Shown one piece after another: positions 23,598-39,344 of a DNA stretch of 64,000 nucleotides. The position numbers and the translations under genes are program-made. The notes below the pieces were generated by a model, which was not told where the DNA came from, ran no database searches, and saw only the letters and a program-made list of their open reading frames with translations. The stretch spans positions 28,252 through 92,251 of the forward strand of contig NIVC01003537.1 in assembly GCA_002269645.1 (NCBI GenBank), read 5' to 3'. The DNA is from Macrostomum lignano. Lineage: Eukaryota. Within the stretch, counting starts at the first letter, position 1, and each line of letters opens with the position of its first letter.

Positions 23598-23621
23598 GTT
23601 GGCCAGGTCAGGCCAGGTCAG

Positions 23622-23685
23622 TCCAGGCGTCTCTGCAGTGAGACAGTTGGCCTACCAATCGGTTCTCTGGCTCACTTTGGATTGA
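23622..23685 (-). pseudogene. Short duplicate of part of CTLD1
   Basis: TCCAGGCGTCTCTGCAGTGAGACAGTTGGCCTACCAATCGGTTCTCTGGCTCACTTTGGAT nearly matches 22459-22522. Confidence 0.85.
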
Positions 23686-24244
23686 CTCGGAAGAGAGATT
23701 CAAAAGTAATCTTTTCAGCGATTTTTTTGTTAACGACCTATTCAGAACATGTAGTAATCAAGTAAACTTTTCTTTGCCTGCGCTGCAGCTGATAAAGACA
23801 AGCCAGCGTCAGGGGCCTCTGTTCCTACCTGGACTGGGCAACAAAATCCGGATGCAGAACAGCACAAAAAGTGTCCTTGGCTTAGTTTCAACTTTTCATC
23901 CAATTTTTTATGACAGGCAATAGAGAAAGTGGCGCAGCTGAGGGTGGGGGGCATGCGGTGTCTCGGAAATGTCATCGAGAGCTGCTTTGCAGTCTGCAGG
24001 CGAAATCTTGGCTTCGGCACGGGAACACGCGGCTTTAGAGAAATTTCGAATTTGAAATGGCAAGCGGCCGGTGCGAGTCCCGCCGCGCACTCGATCCGGG
24101 CTGGCTGAGGAAGAAGCGAAGAGGCTGGCCGCCCCCGCATGGAAGTTGGGCCGAGGAGCACTAATTATAGCTGCGATTTGGACTGCCCGCCTCTCCTTCA
24201 GCTAATGAGTTATTTTAATAAAATTTCTGAGCCAATAAGCCTCC

Positions 24245-24465
24245 CAGAGCCCCAGTTACTGGGCCACGAGCCTCCCAAATTCTCTGTTGCTGAGCCACCA
24301 GCCTCCCAGATCCTCAGTTGCTGGGCCACCAGTCTCCCAGATCCTCAGTTGCTGAGCCAGTCTCCCAGATCCTCAGTTGCTGAGCCAGTCTCCCAGATCC
24401 TCAGTTGCTGAGCCAGTCTCCCAGATCCTCAGTTGCTGGGCCACCAGCCTCCCAGATCCTCACTT
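24245..24465. repeat. ~28-bp minisatellite (CCCAGATCCTCAGTTGCTGAGCCAGTCT)
   Basis: Visible tandem units that share the GTTGCTGAG word with the large satellite. Confidence 0.8.
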
Positions 24466-24762
24466 GCTGGGACTTTATGAGTCAGCTTCCACTCCAGATT
24501 CTGCCACATCATAGCTCGCCTTGGCCCCATCGATTTGACGCCCGCAATCCAGCAGCAGCTGTTCCGCCGTCAGCCAATCCGGATGAAATCCGAGCCGCGA
24601 AGCAGCCACTCGTCGGATTAATGTCTTCTGAGCCGCGGATAAAGGTTGGCGCAACAGACCGGGAGCTGCCGGATCCTCGATTGCTTTCGACTGGCAGACA
24701 GCGGCGGATCAGCACAGGACGCGACTTCTATTTCGAGTTGGTAGCAAAACAGTTACCTTGCA

Positions 24763-26399
<1,637 letters not shown>

Positions 26400-26814
26400 T
26401 TCTTGGAAAGTTCGGAAACGGGCAACACCGGAGACTGCCATATTTTATAGCGTTTTATACTTCGTTATTTCGATTTTACCTTTGGCCAATAATCTTTTCC
26501 TACTTTATCAAATTTGTTGACTGCTTCTTGAGGAACTACATGTACGAGCTGTATTAACGACCGATTTCTTGGAAATCAAACCCGGAAAAACTGGAATTAG
26601 GTCAAGCTTTACTTGACTAAATGCAGAACAACTTTCAAACTTAGGGTGAAGACCAAAGAATGTTTAGGCTAATGGACTGATTGATCAAGACAAACCTGCT
26701 TTTAACAAAATTATGCACTCTCTAAAAAAAACTTTACCCCCGGCTGCCGATGCGCAGTTTCTTAATCCGCAATTCGTGTTTTTTAACAGGTCTTAGTTTT
26801 TGCGCTGCTGTCCA

Positions 26815-27190
<376 letters not shown>

Positions 27191-27579
27191 ATCCCTACCC
27201 GACAAAGATTATTTATGCCTTGGCGACAACCTGGACGGCAGGCTCGGATAATCAAATCAGCCGTCTTGTGGTCACCGGCCAGCCAGGCAGAGTGCAGCAG
27301 TGGCAAGATGAGGCCGCTCAGCATCCTCGCACAGGCTATTAATTTCATCCTCCGGCCCTCTGAGCCTGACTCGATCCCAATTTTCTATCACACGCTGTCA
27401 TCGAGTTTGAGTCAAGTTTGTTATGGGTGCATCTGCCGTGCAGCAAACGTTTGCCTTTGCTCAAAGCAGTGGCCTTTCACTGCGTGCACAAGTGAATAAT
27501 TAGACTTGAAAATTCATTTTCAAATTTAACCTGTAGAACTTGCCTTTATGAGGGTATCAAGATCTCAAGAATTGCGTCA

Positions 27580-27980
27580 GGATATCTATAGTTGGGTTTC
27601 AGGATGTCTATAGTTGGGTGTCAGGATGTCTATATTGAGTGTCATGATGTCTATAGTTGAGTGTCAGGATGTCTATAGTTGAGTGTCAGGATGTCTATAG
27701 TTGGGTTTCAGGATGTCTATAGTTGAGTGTCAGGATGTCTATATTGAGTGTCAGGATGTCTATAGTTGAGTGTCAGGATGTCTATAGTTGAGTGTCAGGA
27801 TGTCTATAGTTGAGTGTCAGAATGTCTATATTGAGTGTCAGGATGTCTATAGTTGACTGTCAGGATGTCTATAGTTGAGTGTCAGGATGTCTATAGTTGA
27901 GTGTCAGCATGTCTATAGTTGAGTGTCAGGATATCTATAGTTGAGTGTCAGGATGTCTATATTGAGTGTCAGGATGTCTA
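27580..27980. repeat. 20-bp minisatellite (GTCAGGATGTCTATAGTTGA)
   Basis: About 20 visible units. Confidence 0.95.
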
Positions 27981-28569
27981 TAAATGTATATCTAGGAGAT
28001 TGAAATTGAGAGCTACCTGAAAACATCAGTATGGGACATGCATATTGAGTTGCATATCTATTGGCCGGTTGCAGTCATTGGCCAATGAAATATTGATTAA
28101 AATAGCCTTACATCTGCATGTATAGATAAAGTATTCATAGTGGCACGGGTGACACTGCATCAGTAAAGCGGCACTATTCAGCCATTTGAAACTCAAATCA
28201 TAACTAATAAAACCGATGGCTATGCAAGAAGTGGCACTCATGATGGAGCCGCTGGAATATTGGACCAACAGGCGACTGAAGGGCACCGCATCAGCCAGCG
28301 ACAACAGCGATGACTACGCGGCAGGTGCTTCATCATCGGTGCCAATCGATGCTCAAGGATGCTGCAGAGATGACAGGAGCGGCAGAAGGATCGTCTGCTC
28401 AGCTCTGGTGCTGCTGCTCCTGCTCACTCTGCTGCTGCTGTTGCTGCTGCAGAGGTCAGTAGAGGCCCGAATTAGCGGCGGCAACATCAAAGGAGGAGAA
28501 GGAACAGCGACTGTGCCGATGAGTGCTTGCAATGAGACTGCGGACTGCGCTTGACCTGGGAATGGGGCC

Positions 28570-29280
28570 AGCTGAGGTCACTGGATTAGAATGAAGGTCA
28601 TTTGAGGTCACTGGACTAGAATGAAGGTCAGTTGAGGTCATTGGATTAGAATGAAGGTCACTTGAGGTCACTGGATTAGAATGAAGGTCAGTTGAAGTCA
28701 TTGGATTAGAATGAAGGTCATTTGAGGTCATTGGATTAGGATGAAGGTCAGTTGAAGTCATTGGATTAGAATGAGGGTCATCTGAGGTCATTGGATTAGA
28801 ATGAGGGTCATCTGAGGTCATTGGATTAGAATGAGGGTCATCTGAGGTCATTGGATTAGAATGAAGGTCAGTTGAAGTCATTGGATTAGAATGAAGGTCA
28901 TCAGAGGTCATTGGATTAGGATGAAGGTCATCAGAGGTCATTGGACTAGAATGAAGGTCACTTGAGGTCATTGGGTTAGAATGAAGGTTATCAGAGGTCA
29001 CTAAATTAGAATGAGGGTCATCTGAGGTCACTGGACTAGAATGAGGGTCACCTGAGGTCTTTGGATTAAAATGAAGTTCACCTGAGGTCATATGATCAGG
29101 ATTAGAGACACTTAAGGTCATTGTATGAGGGTGAGAATGAGGGTCACCTGAGGTCATTGGATTAAAATGAGGGTCGCCAAGATCATAAGATCAGAATTAG
29201 GGTCACCTGAGGTCATATGATTGCAAAGAGGGTCATCTGAAGTCATTGGATTAGAATAGGCGGTCATCTGAGGTCATGGC
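28570..29280. repeat. 30-bp minisatellite (ATGARGGTCATCTGAGGTCATTGGATTAGA)
   Basis: Visible tandem units, decaying towards 29280. Confidence 0.93.
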
Positions 29281-30384
29281 AGACTCAGTCATTAGATATT
29301 TTAGTGCATGCACCTCTAAAAAGGCCTCAGAAGAGTGGACAGTATCTTGAGTCTAAATCGGTGCAGATGTCCAACGATATGTATAATAAAGGACAAATTG
29401 TCATATCAATCATTAATTGTTCAAGTAATAAATTTCGAAAAAAGTATTGATTAATTTCAATCACAAATATAATGATTGATTATGAATTGTTGTTTGTCCG
29501 ATAAATGACCGTGACTAGAATTTAAATTTAATAATAAATTAATATGTATATTTAATAACACGTACTACTGAATAAGCATATATATAAGTAGTTGCACAGC
29601 ATGAAAGCATTAAAAAAGAAAATTAACTAAAAATAAAAATACTACTGGTGTAAAAGCGGGTTGGTAAATACTTGAAACAGAAGCTTTTAAGGCTAATTAA
29701 TAATAGTAGCAAGGCAGCGCAGAAGCAGTTAAAGGAAATAAATAAATATTACTATAATTTCTAAAATAAACATTATAAAACATTCATGGAAGCTGAGCCA
29801 TGAAAATTGTCGCTATTATTTAAAAATTCTGTGGATAAGTCAATAGAAAAGCATACTGCACTACTTTTTATTCGTGTGAGTAGAATACTTAGCGAATTGC
29901 AAGCGGTTTATTAAAAAAATAACAAAATTAATCGATATGCACTTAACATACTGCTAACAATATCAGCGCTCACATTCGAAAAAAACTGATTGCAAATGCC
30001 ATATTAAAGAACAAAAAACCACAATTTCTGGATATTTTTGCAAACTTAACTTAAACAAGATTTTTCAAATCTCACTATGAGATTTCGAATCTCACTACGA
30101 GATATCTAATCTCACTATGAAATTTCTAATCTCACAATGAGATTTCTAGGCTCAAAATGAGATTTCTAATCTCACTATTAGATTTCTAGTGTTACCATGA
30201 GATTGCAGCACTCAATAAAGTGATTTTAAATTAGCAGAGGAAAGCAAAATAATTTGGAGCTGCAAAAATCAATAAAACAAAATATAGTTATGACGACACA
30301 AAAATATTATTTTTCTGAACCAGAAAATATGAACAAACTTTCGAAAAGTGCTCTGACAGTTAATGACATTTGAGGGTCAGCCGG

Positions 30385-33300
30385 TCACACCTTGGAATTC
30401 CGCCGCCAAATGGAAGTGAACATGGACACGAAACTGGGCATCACGAAAGACTGAAAAAGTGCAAAGGAGAGAGTAATGGATTACTAATGGCCCAGTTGTT
30501 ACAGAATTACAGAAATTAAAAATAGAGTACAGATAGGCCACCCCAGATTACAGAAACCCAAAACCAGATTACAGAATCGCCAATCCAGATTACAGAATCG
30601 CCACTCCAGATTACAGAATCGCCAATCCAGATTACAGAATCGCCACTCCAGATTACAGAATCGCCAATCCAGATTACAGAAACCCAAAACCAGATTACAG
30701 AATCGCCAATCCAGATTACAGAATCGCCACTCCAGATTACAGAATCGCCACTCCAGATTACAGAATCGCCAATCCAGATTACAGAATCGTCACTCCAGAT
30801 TACAGAATCGCCACTCCAGATTACAGAATCGTCACTCCAGATTACAGAATCGTCACTCTAGATTACAGAATCGTCACTCCAGATTACAGAATCGTCACTA
30901 CAGATTACAAAATCGTCACTCCAGATTACAGAATCGCCACTCCAGATTACAGAATCGTCCCTACAGATTACAGAATCGTCACTTCAGATTACAGAATCGT
31001 CACTCTAGATTACAGAATCGTCACTTCAGATTACAGAATCGTCACTTCAGATTACAGAATCGTCACTTCAGATTACAGAATCGTCACTCCAGATTACAGA
31101 ATCGTCACTACAGATTACAGAATCGTCACTCCAGATTACAGAATCGTCACTACAGATTACAAAATCGTCACTCCAGATTACAGAATCGTCACTCCAGATT
31201 ACAGAATCGCCACTCCAGATTACAGAATCGTCCCTACAGATTACAGAATCGTCACTTCAGATTACAGAATCGTCACTCTAGATTACAGAATCGTCACTTC
31301 AGATTACAGAATCGTCACTTCAGATTACAGAATCGTCACTTCAGATTACAGAATCGTCACTCCAGATTACAGAATCGCCAATCCAGATTACAGAATCGTC
31401 ACTACAGATTACAGAATCGTCACTTCAGATTACAGAATAGTCACTTCAGATTACAGAATCGTCACTTTAGATTACAGAATCGTCACTTCAGATTACAGAA
31501 TCGCCACTCCAGGTTACAGAATCGGCACTCCAGGTTACAGAATCGTCACTCCAGATTACAGAATCGTCACTCCAGATTACAGAATCGTCACTACAGGTTA
31601 CAGAATCGCCAATCCAGATTACAGAATCGTCACTCCAGGTTACAGAATCGTCACTTCAGATTACAGAATCGTCACTCCAGATTACAGAATCGTCACTACA
31701 GGTTACAGAATCGCCAATCCAGATTACAGAATCGTCACTCCAGGTTACAGAATCGTCACTTCAGATTACAGAATCGTCACTTCAGATTACAGAATCGCCA
31801 CTCCAGGTTACAGAATCGCCACTCCAGGTTATAGAATCGTCACTCCAGGTTACAGAATCTTCCATCCAGGTTACAGAAACGCCACCGCAGACTAAGCTAC
31901 AAACTCTCACCGTTCTATTGTGGCCCTCAGTCTCCGTGGCCTCATCAGCAGTCGCAGCCTCAGTCCTGGCCGCAGCAGTCCGGGAGTCCAGGCATTTCTG
32001 ATAGCGCAGGTTGCAGGCAGCCTGCACAGTCTTGCACAGAGCACCGCAGTCGGGTTCGCACCGGCACAGGTGACATTCGGAACAGCCGGCGGCATTTTGA
32101 AACACCAGCCCAGCCAGCTGCACAGAGCGCCTGCTGACGCCCATGAATCTTAGGAATCGAACCCGGAACTCCACCCGAGCGGGCAGACAGTCGTTAATCA
32201 CGATGCTGATAGTCGATGGCGAGGCCATCAATACAGCAGACTCGGCGGATTTCAACAGGACAATTGAGTCAATAGCCGAGTTGAGCTGGTCAATATCAAT
32301 GCTAGAGGAGTTGGCATTGTGCCTGTGTTGGTCCATGAGACACGAGCCCAGGTACTGGCAGGGCACACATTTCTGAGGCTCAGCTTGCGGCGTGGGGAAC
32401 AGGGCGAGGCTGAGGGGACGGCGCCTACTAGAGCTGGTAGAATTTGAATTAACCGATCCAGGCTCCGGTGATGAGGCTGGAGAAGCTGAGGAATTTGACG
32501 CGCTCATCATCATCATGAGCAGTTTGCAGCGGTGGCACAGGGCATTGGCCAGATTTGCGGCTGCGCTGGTGTCCGGCTGGCAGTGGAACACGTGACAAAC
32601 AAATGCCCGATTCGAACCCGGGCCCCCCACCTGTTCGCGGCTTACGTAGGCAAAATTCGGGCCAGAAGCGCCCCAGAGTCGGATGGAGAGCAGAGGCTGA
32701 GGCCGGGGAGAGTCCTTGGCCAGTGACTGGCCAGGACAGTACGTGAGCAGTTTCCAGTCCAGCTGCAGATAGCTGTCAAGGACTCCCGCATCGGTTGGAC
32801 TGCCTGGTGCTGCTGCGGACACAGCTCGAATGCACTGATTGACAGCTCGGCTGGATCGGTTTGAGCAGACAATATCTGAGTTGTCAACCCGGCGCCAGCC
32901 CAAGTAGTGAGCGCTAAACTGCAGTGACTCGGGTGACTCGGCAACGGAGGCTGCGACAGTGGCTGATGAGCTCGAGGCCTCAGGTGATGCAGCTCGGGTT
33001 GAGCTGCTGGGCGCTGAGTCGGGTGGAGGGCTCTGCACCGGTGATGGGATGATGGCCGCTGCGTGAGGGTGGGGGAGGCAGTCAGCAGGGACGATAAGTC
33101 TGTTATAAACCAGCGCATTTTAAGCTTATCCACTCGTGACCCAGTGACCTCAGATGACCCATCGGATTCAACAGAGACTACATAGTTACTGACCTCAGTT
33201 GACCCAAGACTACATGGTTACTGACCTCAGTTGACCCAAGACTACATGGTTACTGACCTCAGTTGACCCAAGACTACATAGTTACTGACCTCAGTTGACC

Positions 33301-36300
33301 CAAGACTACATGGTTACTGACCTCAGTTGACCCAAGACTACATAGTTACTGACCTCAGTTGACCCAAGACTACATAGTTACTGACCTCAGTTGACCCAAG
33401 ACTACATAGTTAATGACTTCAGTTGACCCAAGACTACATAGTTACTGACCTCAGTTGACCCAAGACTACATAGTTACTGACTTCAGTTGACCCAAGACTA
33501 CATAGTTACTGACCTCAGTTGACCCAAGACTACATGGTTACTGACCTCAGTTGACCCAAGACTACATAGTTACTGACTTCAGTTGACCCAAGACTACATA
33601 GTTACTGACCTCAGTTGACCCAAGACTACATAGTTACTGACCTCAGTTGACCCAAGACTACATAGTTACTGACCTCAGTTGACCCAAGAATACATTGTTA
33701 CTGACCTCAGTTGACCCAAGACTACATAGTTACTGACTTCAGTTGACCCAAGACTACATAGTTACTGACCTCAGTTGACCCAAGACTACATAGTTACTGA
33801 CCTCAGTTGACCCAAGACTACATAGTTACTGACCTCAGTTGACCCAAGACTACATAGTTACTGACCTCAGTTGACCCAAGACTACATAGTTACTGACTTC
33901 AGTTGACCCAAGACTACATAGCTACTGACCTCAGTTGACCCAAGACTACATAGCTACTGACTTCAGTTGACCCAAGACTACATAGCTGACCTCAGTTGAC
34001 CCAAGACTACATAGCTGACCTCAGTTGACCCAAGACTACATAGTTACTGACCTCAGTTGACCCAAGACTACATAGCTACTGCCCTCAGTTGACCCAAGAC
34101 TACATAGCTGACCTCAGTTGACCCAAGACTACATAGCTGACCTCAGTTGACCCAAGACTACATAGCTGACCTCAGTTGACCCAAGACTACATAGTTACTG
34201 ACCTCAGTCGACCCAAGACTACATAGATACTGACCTCAGTTGACCCAAGACTACATAGTTACTGACCTCAGTTGACCCAAGACTACAGTTACTGACCTCA
34301 GTTGACCCAAGACTACATGGTTACTGACCTCAGTTGACCCAAGACTACATAGCTGACCTCAGTTGACCCAAGACTACATAGTTACTGACCTCAGTCGACC
34401 CAAGACTACATAGATACTGACCTCAGTTGACCCAAGACTACATGGTTACTGACCTCAGTTGACCCAAGACTACATAGTTACTGACCTCAGTTGACCCAAG
34501 ACTACATGGTTACTGACCTCAGTTGACCCAAGACTACATGGTTACTGACTTCAGTTGACCCAAGACTACATGGTTACTGACCTCAGTTGACCCAAGACTG
34601 CATAGTTACTGACCTCAGTTGACCCAAGACTACATAGTTACTGACCTCAGTTGACCCAAGACTACATGGTTACTGACCTCAGTTGACCCAAGACTACATA
34701 GTTACTGACCTCAGTTGACCCAAGACTGACCTCAGTTGACCCAAGACTACATAGTTACTGACCTCAGTTGACCCAAGACTACATAGTTACTGACCTCAGT
34801 TGACCCAAGACTGACCTCAGTTGACCCAATACTACATAGTTACTGACCTCAGTTGACCCAAGACTACATAGTTACTGACCTCAGTTGACCCAAGAATACA
34901 TTGTTACTGACCTCAGTTGACCCAAGACTACATAGTTACTGACCTCAGTTGACCCAAGACTACATAGTTACTGACCTCACATGGCCTAGGACCTACCAGC
35001 CGAGCCTCGCAATAAGAAGTCCCAACAAGAGTTCGAATGCTCACCTCCCCCGCCGCTGAAGTAGAAGCTCCTGGGCCTGCTGGGCTGGTCCCCGGGAGCG
35101 GGCGGATCCCGCTGAATCGTACCGGAAGGCACATGCCAGTAGTAGTCGCCAATATCGTCTTCGTGTCGCTCCCATCCGGTGGGCAGTCGCAGGCAGTAGC
35201 TGGAGGTCGGGCAGCTGCTCACCCCGCTGTCCGGAGAGCTCACCCGAGCTGGCTTGGCCTGTGCTCGCTGGGACTTTGCCAATTCGGTGTCCGAGTTTAG
35301 ACTCGGGCTTGAGGCGGAGGCTGACAATGGAAGAAAATATGAGCTTATTCGTATGCGGATGGAGCAGATAGTGTCTAGGGTCATCCAAGGTCAGTGCAAG
35401 TAGTGTCTAGGGTCATCCAAGGTTAGTGGAAGTAGTGTCTAGGGTCATCCAAGGTCAGTGCAAGTAGTGTCTAGGGTCATCCAAGGTCAGTGCAAGTAGT
35501 GTCTAGGGTCATCCGAGGTCAGTAAGTAGTGTCTAGGGTCATCCGAGATCAGCAAGTAGTGTCTAGGGTCATCCGAGGTCAGCAAGTAGTGTCTAGGGTC
35601 ATCCGAGGTCAGTAAGTAGTGTCTAGGGTCATCCGAGATCAGCAAGTAGTGTCTAGGGTCATCCGAGGTCAGCAAGTAGTGTCTATGGGTCATCGGAGGT
35701 CAGTGCAAGTAGTGTCTAGGGTCATCCGAGATCAGCAAGTAGTGTCTAGGGTCATCGTAGGTCAGCAAGTAGTGTCTAGGGTCATCCGAGGTCAGCAAGT
35801 AGTGTCTAGGGTCATCCAAGGTTAGTGCAAGTAGTGTCTATGGGGTCATCCGAGGTCAGTGCAAGTAGTGTCTAGGGTCATCCGAGGTCAGTAAGTAGTG
35901 TCTAGGGTCATCCAAGGTCAGAAAGTAGTGTTTAGGGTCATCCAAGGTCAGCAAATAGTGTCTATGGGGTCATCCGAGGTCAGAAAGTAGTGTTTATGGG
36001 GTCATCCGAGGTCAGCAAGTAGTGTCTATGGGGTCAGCTAAGATCGTGCAAGTTAAAAACGGTCATAGAAACAAACTAGCAGACAGTAAAAATTTAGGAA
36101 AAATTGCTTTCTGACTACTGCTCCCAGTAGCAACCATCGCCCATTGTCAAAATAATCAGATATAATTTTGTTTTTCAATTTTTTTTATCAAAGAGACGTT
36201 CCCTCTCTTAATCAGACAAACCCAGACTCAGGGAGACAGAAAGTGCAACATCAGGGAAATGAAGCAGTATTACGAGTAAAAGGTAGAGAGAAACAGACAG

Positions 36301-36775
36301 ACACACACAGGGAGGCTGGGAGGGAGCAGATGCAGATTGAGATAATTTTAGTGCTTGCTCGCGGAGCCGATACAGGCAAAAGGGGATCAGATGTGAGCGC
36401 TTATTTCACAGCGCGTGTGGGCGCATTAAACTCTGGGGCCCACTGGATGGGGGGTTGGATGGGATAGGAGAGAGAAAGAGAGAGAGAGAGAGAGAGTGAG
36501 CAGACAAATTACACGAAATCGAAAATGATGGGGCTCTATCATCTGTCTGTAGGCTTGGATAGCTGTTTAGCGAGCTACAGAGGCAAGCCTAAAATGGGAA
36601 AACAGCAACAGAGATAAGGCTCTGGGTTATCTAAGTGCAGGAGATAAGGGTCTGAGCAATTTAGAGTCAGGAGATTAGGAGTCTAAAAGTACAACTCTAT
36701 AGAGCATAGGTTGTATATTAGGTTCCTTATTACTGGAAGACTGACATGGAAATTCCCAATAAACTGCTCACTCAT
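30385..36775 (-). CDS. APBB1: Fe65/APBB-family adaptor (WW + 2 PTB domains), ~497 aa, 4 coding exons
   Basis: Exons 36775-36772 (GCC ATG A|GTGAGC), 35320-35045, 33058-31911 and 30450-30385 join in phase (1494 nt). WW reads LPTGWERHEDDIGDYYWHVPSGTIQRDPP. PTB1 has YLGW..SIRLWG..FAYV..CHVFHC. PTB2 has FPTPQ..QYLGS..RVRFLRF..CEPDCGALCKTVQAACNLRYQKCLDSR. The first and last exons are less certain. Confidence 0.88.
30545..31875. repeat. 21-bp minisatellite (CAGATTACAGAATCGTCACTC) filling a Fe65 intron
   Basis: About 1.3 kb of visible units. Confidence 0.97.
33140..34980. repeat. 31-bp minisatellite (TGACCTCAGTTGACCCAAGACTACATAGTTAC) filling a Fe65 intron
   Basis: About 1.8 kb of visible units. Confidence 0.97.
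35365..36045. repeat. ~30-bp minisatellite (GTAGTGTCTAGGGTCATCCGAGGTCAGCAA) in a Fe65 intron
   Basis: Visible tandem units. Confidence 0.95.
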
Positions 36776-37004
36776 GGCACGAACGACAGTCTGAACTGGT
36801 ATCAATTTTACGAGACATCTGAGAACCAGAAAGACTTGCCTTGTATATTTTTTATTAATGGCAGAGGCCTGGGGGTCGGGACACTACAGATGGGATAGAC
36901 TGAGGAATACAACTGAGGGATAAATCAGGGAGAGCATCGTGTATTGATGGATTCCATCGGGTGCTGTGCTAGTTTAAGGGTTGCTTCTGCGTTACAGACT
37001 GGGT

Positions 37005-37300
<296 letters not shown>

Positions 37301-37811
37301 AAACAGAGGCAGACAGCCGCACGGGGCACAGGGGGACAGCTACGGAAAAATGGGTGATTCGGGGAAAAGAAAGCACATGGAGGGGGACAGCCAGATGGAG
37401 AGGACGCAGGCGGAACAGGGAGCTGACTGATGCGTCCGGCTGATTGCCGCAGAAAAAAACCGAAGGAACAACAGGGAGAGAAGCTGCAAAAGAGGGAACT
37501 AAACTATCTTTGGGCTCCTGGAAACAAAAAATAAAATAAGGCCACGGGCCAAGTTCACGACCGAGGCAGTAAAACGGATGGTCTTCGTTCGATCCGTTCG
37601 TCTCAGTTTGTACTTTTAAAGATGCAGGCGGTGCTTATTTTTAAACGGTTTAAGAACTCACCCATTGAAAAGCCTGCGATTCAGCTCAGATCCATGTTCA
37701 GGGTTTCCACATTCAGCTGTCATACATCTTGTAGCCAACATGCATTAGATTGGCAGAAATTTAATTTTTTTAAAATAAATATTAATTGATTATTACTTAG
37801 ACTAATTGGTA

Positions 37812-38395
37812 GACTCTTACACTGATGGATTGCTAGACTATGCACTGATGGATTGCTAGACTATGCACTGATGGATTGCTAGACTATGCACTGATGGATT
37901 GCTAGACTATGCACTGATGGATTGCTAGACTGTGCACTGATGGATTGCTAGACTCTTACACTGATGGATTGCTAGATTATGCACTGATGGATTGCTAGAC
38001 TATGCACTGATGGATTGCTAGACTCTTACACTGATGGATTGCTAGACTATGCACTGATGGATTGCTAGACTCTTACACTGATGGATTGCTAGACTATGCA
38101 CTGATGGATTGCTAGACTATGCACTGATGGATTGCTAGACTATGCACTGATGGATTGCTAGACTATGCACTGATGGATTGCTAGACTATGCACTGATGGA
38201 TTGCTAGACTATGCACTGATGGATTGCTAGACTATGCACTGATGGATTGCTAGACTCTTACACTGATGGATTGCTAGACTATGCACTGATGGATTGCTAG
38301 ACTATACACTGATGGATTGCTAGACTCTTACACTGATGGATTGCTAGACTATGCACTGATGGATTGCTAGACTATGCACTGATGGATTGCCAGAT
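37812..38395. repeat. 22-bp minisatellite (GATGGATTGCTAGACTATGCACT-like)
   Basis: Visible tandem units. Confidence 0.95.
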
Positions 38396-39344
38396 TTCGC
38401 ACTCGTATTACTAGAGTGAATCTAAATAAGTATAAAAGCAGTTTATCGTCTTTCCTAGAATCACAGAGGCGTCAGAAAGGATAGAATAAATTATATTTAT
38501 GAATTATACAACTAAATAAATAACTTTTTGATTGCCATACACACAAGTGGAACGCAAGCATACCTTTTTCATACTATGAAAGAAAATATGATTCGTACAT
38601 GAAACAAGACAGAACGAAAGCTTAAAAATACACCAGTAAATATTCGCAATTGAACAATAATTACATATAATTTACTATTTCAATAATAGATTAATGTTCA
38701 GTATAAATTAGGGTTAGTAAATAAATATATTTATGAAAGCCCACACAGTATTACGTAAGCAAAATACTTGAATTTAACCCCAAAAATATCAATTATCTTA
38801 AAAGGTAAGAGTTATTGGCAAAAACTTGTTGCAAAATTATTTTTAATACTAATTTGTTAATTTGTTTAATTGTTTGAGCATCCCAGCTGGAGCGGTATAA
38901 GCGTTTTGATAAAGTTTATAAAAAGAATACTACAGAAAGTTTAATAAACAGTTTTCGGCAAGGTATAAAGTACATAGTGTAATAATAATTCTAATTAATA
39001 TTATAATTATTTGTGACAGTTATAAGTGCTTAAGCATACATTAGGGACGATTGTTAAAAATACATTTGACGGAATAGGAATTACATATCGTTTATGCATA
39101 GCATAGCAATATTAATGTATAATTTACTGTGTACAGAATCACGCATTGCACCAAAGTTTTGCCTCGCCAAGGAAAGCAATAAAAAGCTTTAAAGTATTCG
39201 AGGCTTTTATAACTTCTACTAAACATGTACAAAAATACTAATTAGGTCTGCTTTTATTTGTCCTGCATTAACTTACAAGCAAATTTATTGGCGACAGCAA
39301 TGGGGATAAGATTAGAAAATGGAGAGGAGGGGTGAGAGGTGGAC

